NCBI GenBank assembly: GCA_051362555.1
Contig: CM120641.1
Span: 29,766,401-29,830,400, forward strand
From: Lingula anatina
Taxonomy: Eukaryota; Animalia; Brachiopoda
Length of the DNA: 64,000 nt
Reading direction: 5' to 3'
The notes under the pieces were generated by a model. It had not been told where the DNA came from and searched no databases. It saw only the letters and a program-made list of their open reading frames with translations. Shown piece by piece: positions 44,464-57,514 of this stretch. The stretch's first letter is position 1, and each line of letters opens with the position of its first letter. Made by a program: the position numbers and the translations under genes.

Positions 44464-45639
44464 ATGCTTATAATGAAGCACCCCAAACTGAATCCATTAT
44501 CTGTTAACTACATTAATGATATAAGAAACAAAGAACAAACTGCATCTCAGCACCCACTTGTTTGAGCATAAAACCATCCTGTGTGTAGATTACAGTCCAT
44601 TTATGCTATTCAGAAGATCTGCATTAATTATTTCAATCGGTCCTTATGCCAAAGCTGAAAATGGCATGCACAACAACTCTTCCACACTGCTCAGTAAACC
44701 AATAGGAAAATTTAATATAACCTGGTATTTGTTGAAATCTGAGATCTACACAGTTAATAATGTATGTCCATTCCAATCTAATACAGGAGGTTCTGCAAGT
44801 AGATTTAGATAGATATTTTTTGCCATATCTCCTGATGTAAAAGGCTTTCCTTACTTTAGCTGAGAAGGTTCCATGGAATATGAGCTGACTATAGCTACCC
44901 CCTCTTCCCCAGTGATAAGTCCTTTTGAATGAGAAAGAAATACAGTTGATAAGCTAACTCTCTATTATTAGTTGACTGGATTCCATATTAAAATATTAAA
45001 AGACTAGCTACATTTGACAGCATCTCTGACTAAAAGATCTACAATACTGACTTTTTTGATTTTTTTTTCAAACATGCCCCATTTTAAACTGTCTCCATAA
45101 ACAATTGTCTTCATACTTTAAATTTCTCATTTTCTGTTTATCTGCTAATCAGAATCACTGCAAATTAAAATAGTAGCATGTTTTTAACTTTTTTACACAT
45201 AAAATAATAATATCTAAGTATGATGAAGTACACTTAACTTCATTGCATCATGTGGTGAATATTTATTACCACATTATTTAAAAGTTAACTTTATGCAGAT
45301 GAAGTAAGAGAGTTTAACCAGTAATACCATTAAAAACTGACAAAACTTACTGATCACTCTTAACAACAGTCAATAAGATTAAAAGATATGACTCTCCTTC
45401 CTTAAAATAGACAAAAACATTTATCTTCTTACATTTGTTTCAAAATAAGAAATTATTTTCTTAACATTGTATGAATGGGGCCATTGCACCAAATGTGCAA
45501 TTTTCAATAGCTCCTAAAGTACAGTTACTAAAATAACTAATATTCTCATTTAAGTAGTCCCTAATACTGATTTCAATTTCAACAAGAGGATCAGAAAGGC
45601 GATGATGCATGACGGGTATGTAACTGATAGGCACTGATA

Positions 45640-45814
45640 GGCCCCATACAGAATAGGGGACTAACTAGTCTGAGGGGTAAATATGGTGACCCACTACAAA
45701 GCTTGCCGTCAAATCTGCTAATAGACACTGAACAGATATCATGTGGGGAAGTATTCAATTGTGTCAGCCATATTTGACCATCAGACTAGTTAGTTCCCTA
45801 TTCTGAATGGGGCC
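45640..45814. mobile_element. PIF/Harbinger-like MITE (GGCCCC TIR, 3-bp TSD ATA)
   Basis: ata|ggccccatacagaataggggactaactagtctga ... tcagactagttagttccctattctgaatggggcc|ata. Confidence 0.78.
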
Positions 45815-45952
45815 ATAGACCCCAAACTCATGTAGCTGACAGGTGACACCATATATACATTTCCACTGTTATATAACACGCACTGACTAACAGTATGGTT
45901 ACTGAAAACCAACAAAAACAACTTTTATCAATGAAAGTACAAATATTATTAA

Positions 45953-46300
45953 AAGGATAATTAATAACTCTTCGTTTTGGCCTAAAAATTAATTTTCCTG
46001 GAGTAAACAACAATTTTTCAATACTTACCAATGGTTAATGAATCCATTTTTACATTCTGATTCAAAGTTAGTCCCTGGTTTTTTTCAAAACAGTTTGGTT
46101 TTTTTGCTAAAATCTCTTAACAGATTATAACTGAGTACAGCCATCAATGGAGATCACGTGATCTGAAGACAAGCTCAGATATCTGAATAATAGCTATAAC
46201 TGCCTTTTTTGTGGTAAAACAGAATATGTTATATTTCTATGAGTTGTTCACGATGTTTTTATTGTGAAATATAGATATCATACGAAGAGTTATTATCCCT
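45953..46300. mobile_element. TTAA-targeting element, copy inverted relative to 4166-4508
   Basis: Close reverse-complement match to 4166-4508; ends acgaagagttattatccct|ttaa. Confidence 0.8.
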
Positions 46301-46742
46301 TTAACTGACCCTCAAAAAAGGACAAGGTTCAAAATAATGCAACATCAATTTCAAAACCTAAACCTTTGAAATCAGTTTTGTCTTCTTCAGTAAATTTTCC
46401 CACATTTCCTTATGCTTGGGAGATATTTCACATTTGATTAAAAATATTCAACAAAGGTGCATTGCAACAAATGTCACACCCACTAGTATGCACATGCACT
46501 GACTGACCCCAAAACTTTGCAGCTGCAAGTTGAGATAAAATCATTATGTGACCTTTTTTCCATAAAATGAGGATGCCTCAGTAGTTTATAAGGAGATGCT
46601 GTTACACTTAACAGTGACTTGTATCAACCAACAATAAGCATCAGATGCAATGGTTTGGAGGTAAAAACCAAGCTACCCCCAGCACTCATGCTGGTGGTAC
46701 AATTAACTACAATCCTATTTGCACCAATATCACCAGTCTCAG

Positions 46743-46970
46743 CTATATGGGTCTTGCCTCACTGTCCACAATAGTACGTTTGTCTGAGACATCTGACTCG
46801 ATGTAGCTTCCCTCTGCTGCACGTGCCCTCCTGTTACGAACAATCCTCAAAATGCATAACACTAGCTGTGCTGCCAGTACAAGAAAACAAACCCATGATG
46901 CTGTCTAATAAAGTAAAAGAAAGATAGATTAAATACATGTGGACCCACACACACATTCATGCATAGGCAC

Positions 46971-47058
<88 letters not shown>

Positions 47059-48991
47059 GAGGGGAAAAAGCATACAAAATTTTTAAAATATTTAAATAAC
47101 TAATTAACTCAAAAGTTATAACAGATTACATCCATGTGGTCCTCAATTCAAAAATCATGTCTGAAAACACAAAGTTAAAAGGGGTTGTACATCTATAAAA
47201 CCATCTCTTACAATATTCAATTTAAGTTGTAAGCATGATGTTTATACTTTTTTTTTAAAGATTGGTAGCAATATCTTATATCAACTTCTACTGAGGTACT
47301 TGTCTTACTTGTGCAGTAGTGAAAAAGTTGAAGTAAGTCCCAAAATAAACATTTTTCCCTGCAGAATTCCAACTGGCTGCCCAGTCACTTTTCTGTCCAT
47401 CAACACAACTGAAACAGTGACAAATGTGTTTTTCTCAACAAACCACACTCTTCAGATGTGCTATAAAGAATTGCATGTGATTAAATATACTGTACAGCCC
47501 AGATATCATCATAGAATTAACTCATTTCTATTAAAAGGCAGCTTTTCAAGAACTTTTTCAATGATCTTTGAATCTAAATGACAGAACTGCACTTTTAAGC
47601 ACTATTATATCATCACAGAATAAAATCATCTACCTTTTTACATTGGCACCACTGTCCTTTCCTTTACGAAAGGTTCCACAAAACTGATAAAAGCCCACAC
47701 TAACAATGCAGGACACGATAAACGTTAGGATGGTAAGGACCGAGTTGATCAGAGCAAAGGGCCACACCCACATCTGAGACCTGGAATATAAATATAATAT
47801 AATATTTATAGATATCAGCAAGGCTAGAACATATTCAATCATAAACAAATTAAAGATGCAAGTTCAATATTGGATTAAAATCAATTGTCTAAAGTTAGTC
47901 TAGAAGACTTGCACTTAAATATGAACTCGGCTGATCGTTCAGGATTTTTGCATAATATATTTCAGGTATTATTAATTATATTAATTTTCAGACTTGAAGT
48001 TGATCAGTATTGTTTAAAGTTTGTAATTATGATACATAATATGTGGAAGTGAGTCATCAGATTATTTTGTATTATACATACATGAAAAAAAAAACACTTC
48101 ACAAAATAAAACTGTGAACTATCTATGTGCTGAATTCAATACTTGACTTTGCTCAGCATCTACATATCACATACCCTATGTCTTTGTCCCTCTGGCACAA
48201 GGCATACACACCATACAGACCTACTGCAATACCATATAGTATGATAGCCACCACAAAATAAACCACCAAAAAGTGACAGACACCACCAACAGTCAGGGAA
48301 GGTGTGAACTGGGTTGAGTTCCAGACAACTTTGCCATATAATAAGCACTCTCCTTGAAAATTTGTCTGAAATGAATGACAGAAAATTTAAAATGAGTGTA
48401 TGAGAAATGAGTATCAATGGTTTAAATGTTTATTGTCATGGAGTTAATTATAGGTGCCTGAGTAACTGCCAATGATAATTGCTGACATGAACTTGAAGTA
48501 CTCAGTGGTGTCATTAACCTGTGTTTAGACAGCGTTTGTAGGTGCACAAGTAAAGGTATTTATCTGTATGACCCCTTGATTCATGTTAATAAACCTACAT
48601 TAAGCTAACATGTCAAAAGGTTGAATTTGGACGCCAGAAATTATTTTGCACATGAAGTTTTTTTTCACAGTTGAATCTTGTTCAGGCAGCTACCTGGATA
48701 CTTTGAGAAAATGTATCGCACTGGTATCAATATTAAAGCACACAAAATTTTCTGAATTATCTCAAATTGGAGTAGACTAGAGATTCGAAGCCTCTTGAAA
48801 AGTTTATTTTACCGACGCGAAATTTATAGTAACAAGTTATTTACACTTCCGTATCGAGTTAACAAAATTAATTACAGGTTACTTACCGTTGTTACACCTA
48901 TAGGTACTGCAGTAATCATGCCAATCAGTGCAATGACAAAATACAGCACAGTTTGTGCAAGCAGATGATAATCAAGGGGCGGTAGCTCCAT
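46743..48991 (-). CDS. TMEM179: Transmembrane protein 179 (4 TM segments; 5 exons, 234 aa)
   Basis: Exons 48887-48991, 48175-48365 (NFQGECLLYG..C), 47634-47780 (..SCIVSVGFYQFC), 47309-47408 (SCVDGQ..YFNFFTTAQ), 46743-46904 (TASWVCFLV..*). Phases consistent, 705 nt; Cys pattern and hydrophobic profile match the TMEM179 family. Confidence 0.85.
46974..47055. repeat. (AT)n microsatellite; further (AT)n tracts at ~19021-19057 and ~27674-27715
   Basis: Direct reading. Confidence 0.95.
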
Positions 48992-49420
48992 TTTGCACTT
49001 CTTGAGTTCAGCGATAATGAAAGAGTGGTATTGTCTCCATGTAAACATCAAAATAGTAGGAGAATTCTCCATTTAAGGTGGGAATGTAGGTTTGAGATTT
49101 TCTCTTAAAATAAAGGTCTTAGCTTTTTTATTCCTGTCATATTCATTTAATGTATCTTCAAAATATCTAATTATGCTTGGAACACAACTCCAACTTCATC
49201 GTGTGACGTAATTTATTGGGATTTTGGGGACAAAAACACCATTTTTTTATACACCTGATTTTCTCAGGCACCTGGACAGCTATAAACTTGCTGTTAATGG
49301 CATCATAACACTTGAACAAAGTACTACAGGATGGAGTCAGGGATTCATTTATTTATTAATAATGGTAGTACTTTCTTTATTCGATTCGTTATACACGCCG
49401 AGGCGAGTTTATACACAACA

Positions 49421-50950
49421 TTAAGTAGTGATATCGGTCTTAGGTTGTTTAACGTACGAGTTGGTGGGCTTATTATGTTTTGGTAGAAGGACGATTATAC
49501 CCCGGGTAAGAGTTATAGGTAGTTTGTCTTTTTCGTATGCCTCGTTTATACATCTTATTAAAAAACTATTCAGTTCTTTCCAAAAGAATTTGAAAAATTC
49601 GTAAGTAAACCCATCGGTACCTGGGCTCTTTTCATTTTTCGTTTGTCTTAATACTGTATAGAGTTCAGCGTAGCTTATCTCTCCTTCGAGTGAGGATGCT
49701 TCGGCTTCGGACAATTTTGGAGTTTCAATATTTTCCAATCGAGTTTTTATGTCTACTGATTCGTGATTTTGTTTCTTAAATAAATTTTCGTAAAAGCGTG
49801 CGGTTTCTTTGAGAATCTCATTTTGTTCAGTAAGAATATTTCCGTTATCTGTTACCAGTTTAGTTATCGACTTTTTTGTAAAATTGCAATTTCCCAGTGC
49901 CAAAAAATATTTTGATGGTTTTTCTCCGTATTCGATCCATCTTTCTTTTGATCTTATCATTATACCTTTTACTTTTATTTTTCTTATATTTTCCAGTTTC
50001 ATCTTTTCCTTATTTATCATTTCAAGAATTTCTTCTTTTTTGTCTAATTCGGCCTCATTTTTAAGATCATTCTCTAGATCGTTTATAGTGTTTTCCACTT
50101 GTTTTTCCTCAGACTCTCTTTTCTTTTTTTATCCTAGCACCAAAAGCAATCGTTTTCCCCCTAATTTTCATTAAAAGAGTTTCGAGAAATAGCCCATTGC
50201 TTATAGTTAACTGTAAAGAATGCCTGTCAATATTCAGTATGTTATCTCTATTATAGGGCGCTGCTGCATACTCTAAGATAGTTTCATTGATTATCTGCTT
50301 TACCATATCGACATACTCACTTTCATATAAGTGGGAGTTATTAAATTTCCAAAAACCTTTTCCGTGTTTAATTTTCCTTTTTAACTGTAAGTCCAGAGTA
50401 ATAATGGACTGGTCACTCTTATAACCTGGAATAATCTGACTATCTTCGATAAAGTTTGTAATGGTTGTGGAAACAATAAAATAATCTAACCTCGCCTGTT
50501 TGAAAGGCGTAGGCTGCCGCCATGTATACTGTCTAACTTCCTTATGCATTTCCCTCCATATATCATGCCAGTTATGCAAGTCCATTAAGGTATAAAGCTG
50601 ATTAGAGGCCTTGGGGTTATTTTTATGTTTATAGTTATACGTGTCCTTCTCTTGGTTTAATACTAAGTTAAAGTTCCCACAAATAATATGATCCTGATTT
50701 CCAAATTTCATTATTATCTCGTGTATTTTTAAGAAAAATTCAGGTGAATCATTATTGGGACCATACAGATTTATGAGTGAAATGTCTTTTTAATCTACTG
50801 TCATACTAAGAGCAATAAAGTTTCCGCTAGTGTCTTTCTCAACCTCTTCAATTTTATATTCAAAGTTATTGTTAACCAGTATTGCAACTCCTCTTGAGTT
50901 AGAGGTTCCATAAGATACCGCGAATAGAAAATAGATTTTTAGAAAATAGA
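49421..50950 (-). mobile_element. Decayed L1/Tx1-clade LINE ORF2 fragment (APE endonuclease, linker, start of RT)
   Basis: Motifs SNSRGVAIL, NLYGPN, ICGNFN, YTW, ARLDYF, SDQS, WKFN, RSK..W.E.GEKPSKYF, KSPGTDG..YEFFK. In-frame stop at ~50790, frameshift at ~50105, and truncation before the RT core. Confidence 0.92.
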
Positions 50951-51373
50951 CATTGCCTTTGGCTTCGTTCACATGGAAAGTCTATTTTCTAAAAATCTAT
51001 TTTCTATTCGCGGTACATCTTGTGATCACGGTCTGTGCCCTGAATGTCCCGCGGCGTAATTACTGGCAGCGCGAGCCAGTAACTATAAGTTACTGTAAGA
51101 CTTCCAATCGTAGATTGTCGGCTGGGGACGTTGCTGTCGCCACCATCCTGTCAGTTTGGACGCGAGGGTGTCGTATGAGAGTAAGACCCAAATTTCATAA
51201 TTGTATTGTATATACACCTACGTTTGAAATGTAATCAGCGTTTTCATACCTTAACTTTTTTGTTTAAAAAGAAAGAACACGCATTTACTTCGGAGGATAT
51301 AGAAACCACGCATGCCTCTCCCCCAATTATGATTGACAGTGTCCTTCCATCTTGTTGACATGGTATCAACCTG

Positions 51374-51515
51374 GGCCCCGTATCTCTAAAGCATCGCGCA
51401 TTGCGACCGTGCGCAAGCGTCTCGATTCCATAACTCGCCCATACTCGCCCCATATAATACAGTGTAGCCTCTATGTGATATCGCTATTCGCGCGATGCTT
51501 TCAAGATACGGGGCC
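51374..51515. mobile_element. PIF/Harbinger-like MITE (GGCCCC TIR, 3-bp TSD CTG), CpG-rich
   Basis: ctg|ggccccgtatctctaaagcatcgcgc ... gcgcgatgctttcaagatacggggcc|ctg. Confidence 0.75.
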
Positions 51516-51947
51516 CTGAAGTTTACCAAGAAGTTATAATGATTTATAACTTCTTGAGTTTACTAACCTGCCCCAGGCCATCATTGGACGACTTTGTCTG
51601 CGTACACTAGAACACTTATCCACAATATATATTGATCCACAATGCACTTTGAAGAAACTTTCATTTCTTCTTATACACGATGATAATAAAGATAAAGTGA
51701 TAATACATTTTTTGTTATAAACATATAGGCTATGTGGAGTTGTCCAGTTTTTTGGTTGCTTTGATTTTGCAAGGAGAAAGGATAACGAAAGGATGATTAA
51801 CTTGGTGTGATTTATTGTTTTAGTTACTTTTTACTTTTGCTTAAACATTTTAACTATTTCTTATATTTGCTTGAAAGAAGATGGCATACAGGGCTCCATA
51901 TAGTCCCCCTTTTCACTGTTCAGAACTAGCATGGTTTAAAAAACTTT

Positions 51948-51996
51948 CGCGCGCGCGCGCGCGCGCGCGCGTGTGTGTGTGTGTGGGGGGGGGGGG
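51948..51996. repeat. Compound (CG)12(TG)7 tract followed by a G run
   Basis: Direct reading. Confidence 0.95.
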
Positions 51997-54531
51997 TAGG
52001 GAGTAACCTTTCTCAGATCCTGTGATCTTTTATGTTCTTTAATTACCGAAATAAACAGGTCTGTAGCCGGAAAGAGGGGGTCGAACACGGTCAACAAGGT
52101 CAACTTTTCCAGGAAATGACACCCTCTCCTTTGAAATGGCTGGGTACAGGCCTGATAGTCAACAATTTCTCTTTCCTTCTTTCAATTTCCTTACTAATTA
52201 GTTGGATATTGAAAAAAAAACCGTCACGTTTTGATAATCTACATCTCCTACAATTACCCAAATGGTCTTTTATTTAAAAAAATTAACAAAAAGAATACAA
52301 CCATATAATGAAGAGGACATTGTACATTTTATCAGAAGACTGAGTCTCTAATAACCAAAATAAAAAAGTACATACTTTTCGCTGAAGATGGAGTTAAACA
52401 ATCTGCCTCAACGGGTTCAGGGGTAGGGGTGAGAAGTAAAAAAAGTCGAAAGCCAAAATGATGAAATAACCTTAACATGATATTACACACAGCTAACACG
52501 AGGCATATTTGTTCTGACTGGCGTGGAGTTTTCATTTTTACCACATGGAATTTAATGTAAGCGATATTTAGACTATCTGTTCAATACCTGCTAGAGATAC
52601 CTTTACGCAGCAAGAACACAAGGCGGGGACATGGATAGACGGCAGAGAGTTACAGGTGGTGCCCCCCCCCCCCCTCCGAAAATGGAGGGTAAGTCAATTA
52701 AGTATTGGACTTAAAGAATTAACAGTTGATGAAACATGTACCGTTAATCACTTTTCTATTTCAATGGTGTGATGTGTGTAAAATAGGTGGTTTTGCTACT
52801 TAAAGATGAAGCCTATTCTGTGATGTCAATCAAATAACGGGGGATTGTGAAAAATGGGTAATTGAAGGTCTGATCATTCCCCTACTTCTAAGCCCTAATT
52901 AAGATCCTTTCTGTAATTGCCTTCGAATAGGTCGGCCCAAGAATTGTTAACGTTGTAGGCAAACGTATTTTCATATGGCAGAAGTAGAAAAAAAACATAA
53001 TACCTCAACAGCACACATTCATTTATTTTAATAAATTTGTTAAAACAAATGCTACATAAATGTCGATAAATGCAAAAAATACTATGCGCCTCTCTTGAAA
53101 CTTTGGGCACAAATCCATTTTTAGGGGGAGGGGGTCGGAGTCCGAGCGTATTCTTTGGCGCCAAGTCAGTGTCGGGCTCGAAATACCTATTGGCGTTACT
53201 TGCCCGCCGCAAGTACGTAAGAAATATTACTCAAAGATGATGAAGTATACGATCTCATACAATAAGTCATTTATAAAAAATGAAAGTCTTGAATTGAGAG
53301 AGTTTGTTTCGGTGGTGAATAATGCCAAAAAATAAGGTTGGCTGGGGTTTCGACAAACACATGCAATTTATACTAGATTTAATTTGTCTTCATTTGTAAA
53401 TATACATATAAGTATAGGAAAATAACTAAAATCAGACATTTCTTTGGTTTAACTTTGTATTTTATTCAATAGCTGTCAAAAGTAACACATTCAATTAATT
53501 TTCAGTTTTGTGCTTTTACAGATACAGATCATAAATAAAAGTATTTATTTGAAAAACATTTAAAACCATTTACACTGTAACCACCCTCAAATGCGCACTG
53601 CAATACTGTGAAATGTGACAGTTGCAAGGATGAAATACCTTCTTTGATGCATAGACAAAATAGCCATTTTGTCCATGCTTATTAAGGATATAAATATGGA
53701 ACTCAAAGGAAAGAATTATAGCACAAAAATACAGCTTTAGTTGGAGAACCAGTGTCATTGGTTAATTTTTTTCGTGTGTGTGTGTGTGAAAATTAAAATT
53801 TTCACGTACTGGCATTATCAAGGTGTGACTTTGAACCTCCATGGGCTTGAAGACCTTGGCTAGTCACATTTTCTGAATATCCATGGTAGTTATATTTCAT
53901 TATTAAAAATTGATGGTCATTATGCTTAACATGTTATCAAACAAATGCCTTCTTCTTATTGATAGCTCTATAATTATATATCATTTCTTTTGGCTTGCTT
54001 AAACGTTCTTTTCCTATTTTATTCAATAATTCAATGAACTGAATGGTGCCTGATTAATAGAAGCCTATGGCGCGTTATTTATTTTTGGTAAAAACAAACC
54101 CAGTAAATAAATAAATAACATGACCATTATTGAGGAACGAATTTAAGTTTAAGAACATTTCTTCAAAAAATCACAAACAAGAGATGCATGGAAGAGCTGC
54201 ACATAAAATTTAAAATGAAACATCGACCATGTTTTAAGTGTCAGTTCTGGGTTGAGAAGGGGGGGGGGGAGCATGTTTTTGAATAAATTGTATTACAGAT
54301 AACTTTAAAATCTTGAATTGTGTTTTGGATGTAACTCTAGCTCTGTGCTGTGTAGGAGTAATCGGTGTGCGAGAGTAGGGCTGCAGGGATGTATTATATT
54401 TTTTTTTATTTTGCGAAAAGTGTTACAGCACGGGATTCAAGTTAAGAATTGTGTTTTGGATGTGATGTTTTAACCAATGGGAATATTTGAGTAACGGTGT
54501 AGGGATGTAGCCATTTTAAACATGTACACAC

Positions 54532-54761
54532 CAGGGGCAGATCCAGGATTATTTGAAGGGGGTGTCCGCAGATGTCGTTGGGTTCGGGGCCCGTTGAAGG
54601 GCCTTGGAAATTTTTGGTATTTTAGAGGGCAAACAGTGCCATTTGGTACGGTTTAGGACTATGATTCAGCTAGACACAATGCTAATTTCAAGAGGGGACC
54701 AGAAATCGAAGGGGGGGGGGGGGGGGTCAGGACCCCCCCCCCCCCTCTAAATCCGCCACTG
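54532..54761. mobile_element. MITE with family-A-type termini and a different interior
   Basis: caggggcagatccagga...aaatccgccactg, flanks cacac/catac. Confidence 0.65.
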
Positions 54762-57067
54762 CATACCTTGTCTTTATCTATTCATTTATTATTATTTTTC
54801 AATTTTTTTTTAAAATTTAACTTGAATTTTTGAAACAAAATTGAGCAGATTGGCTTGTCACAACTGCTTTTGCGACCGTTCAGGTTGGAATATGAATTTT
54901 TCCATTTCAGTGGGCCAATTACAGCAAACTGAGAATATGAGAGACGAATACATGGATTTTAAACAACAACCAGAAAATGATTTCCTATTTTTTAATTACT
55001 ACCTTAAAATATGTTGCATTTGTTTAACAACAGTTCATATATTGCAACAGGATATAAAAGCTCAAAAGTAATCTGTAAATGTGAATCTTTCTGGAGGTCC
55101 ACATTTCACAACCTATTAAAACAAGCTTACTATATATATGTATATATTATGCTCTTGCCTGTAAAGCCATGACACTACCAAAGCATTAACAACTCCAATA
55201 ACAAGATGTTAACAAAAGGTGCATGACAATTATTATTGAAATATTTTTATGCTTTTTTCCCTCATATACTTTTGCTCTAAAATTTCCTTTTTATTAAAAA
55301 AGTACAAGCAAAACACTGCAGTCTATATAAAGTAAAATATATTTGATCACAACACTTGTTCTTTACTGAAAAGTTTACCATATTCTTTTCATTGCACACA
55401 AAAAGCTCTTTACAAGATAAACGGATGTTTACTATGCCTAAAAGATGAAATATTAGATATAAGTGAGCCAAACTAAAAGTACTGCTGATATTTTGACAAC
55501 CTTAAATATAAAAAGATGAAACAAAGCATCCCCATGTGTCTTTGGAATAACGGGTCATGTACAGTTGTCACCATCCAATTTACTAAAAAATATCATATTA
55601 AAGGAATCAGCAGATACCAAGGTCTCGTAACTGTCAGTAATGAAATGATAATTGCACTAATTTAGGCCCAAATCAGTAATAACGATAATAAAATGTTATG
55701 ATTATCTGAACATTTCACTTAGTGTTAACAGAAAAAAATATTTCTTAATTGCAAATCATAAATTAAAAAATATATATATATTTATCTGAAAGAAAAACAT
55801 TCCTGAACTAAGCAACACTGATTATTGAATTCAAGTTCAGCAATCTTCCAACTTCAACGTAAATTTTTCGAAATAAGAAATGCATCTATTTAAGCACAAT
55901 TCTTCAAGTGCAACTTGACAGATGTTAGATAACCTGATAGTTTGCCTGACACTCATGTACTCATTTTAATCTAGTATTAATTGGTTGAGACATCATGAAA
56001 AAGTGAGTATAACTTTGTAAAATAACAAATGCATATATTTCTCATAGGAAATGGCATTTATGTTTAGGAACGTTTGGACAAATTTTCAGCCATGGCAAAA
56101 AGCTAATAGTTCAATTTGGGACTTTATCCTTAAAAAAAAAAACTTGTTATTTAATTTTTGATTTAAATAAATCTTTCAACAGGTTTCAAACTTAAAACTT
56201 TTTGATAGCATATTATTTGACACATTAAATAATTTACAAGGATGCAAGCTAATAAATAATAAAATATATTAACATAATATATCTAAACACTGTGACCATT
56301 TTGTACCTTATATTTTATGTGAAAAAACCCATGGTTAACATTATATGAACAATTATGTATGTGGCTGTAACAATGAGTGAAAAATCTTCATATATGAAAA
56401 TATAAATTATCTTGTATCAAAGTGATATTCAAATTTCAGGATCACATTGCATAATCTAGATTAGAAGTTAAATCAACAGACATGTAACAGCACAACAGCA
56501 CAGTATTAACCTATATGAATCGTCATTGCCAGTTACACTTGCATTATATAAGTATATAAAGTCATAAATGTGCAATGAGTTTGATTATATTCTTTATGAT
56601 CAAACTCAACCATTTCCCCAGTTATCAATAAATTAATGTTGAAATGACTAGTAGTGTATATTACAAAAGATACTACAAATACTTACTTCATTATTTTTTT
56701 TAAGAAGATCAGTCATTTTGATTTTTTTGCTGTAAAAAATTAATTAAGTGGAAAAAAGATTCCAAATATTTTATAAAGTATTTATTCATAATCCCTTTGC
56801 AAATACCTTTCAAGAATATCAAACTTTTGTCAATTAGAAGACATCTCATTCTCGAGAGTCTTGTCTTTTGTCCAGAAACTGCTCTAACAACCACTCATTT
56901 CTTGGATATAATTAAAGAAATGTGCAAAAATTATCACAAAATGCACAAACCTTTTTAACAGATAATTATTTATAAAGAGCCACCAGAAAGATAAGAAAGT
57001 ATAGCAGTATAATCACAAAAAGTGCATTTCTTCAAGTAAACTCAAGTTTCCAGAGTTTTCAGCAATA

Positions 57068-57116
<49 letters not shown>
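57068..57116. repeat. Poly(A) tract of ~48 nt
   Basis: Direct reading. Confidence 0.9.
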
Positions 57117-57118
<2 letters not shown>

Positions 57119-57514
57119 CCATTACTTTCCCTGAGTATTAAAAGAACTACATTTTCATGGCAAGATGATTTCTAGTATTAAATGCCCTTTAACAGTTGAC
57201 AATACCAGCGTACTATTACTTCTTATGAATTTGAACGTAGCAAAGATGGCCATCTGTCTATCTATCTATCTATATGTAGACATATTACAGTTACTGAAGT
57301 TGCAATTAGTCATTATACTATTACTATCAATAAAATACTGCTTGCTTTTTTTTGCTTTTATTAACAGGTGTGACAGTTGTGGAAAACTTCTGTGTTTAGG
57401 TTGTTAATTCTGTGACTATTAAAATGATCGCAGTTCTACGCTGCATAATTAAAAGAGAGAAAGATACTCATCAGTGCACCTCATATCTTTTTCTTTTTAT
57501 GGAGAACTCTGAGA

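Noticed and set aside
46862-47077. ORFs with IYIYIY, FIYL or IIII runs (also at 11019-11256 and 19427-19612)
   Set aside because: Translations of microsatellites, not proteins.
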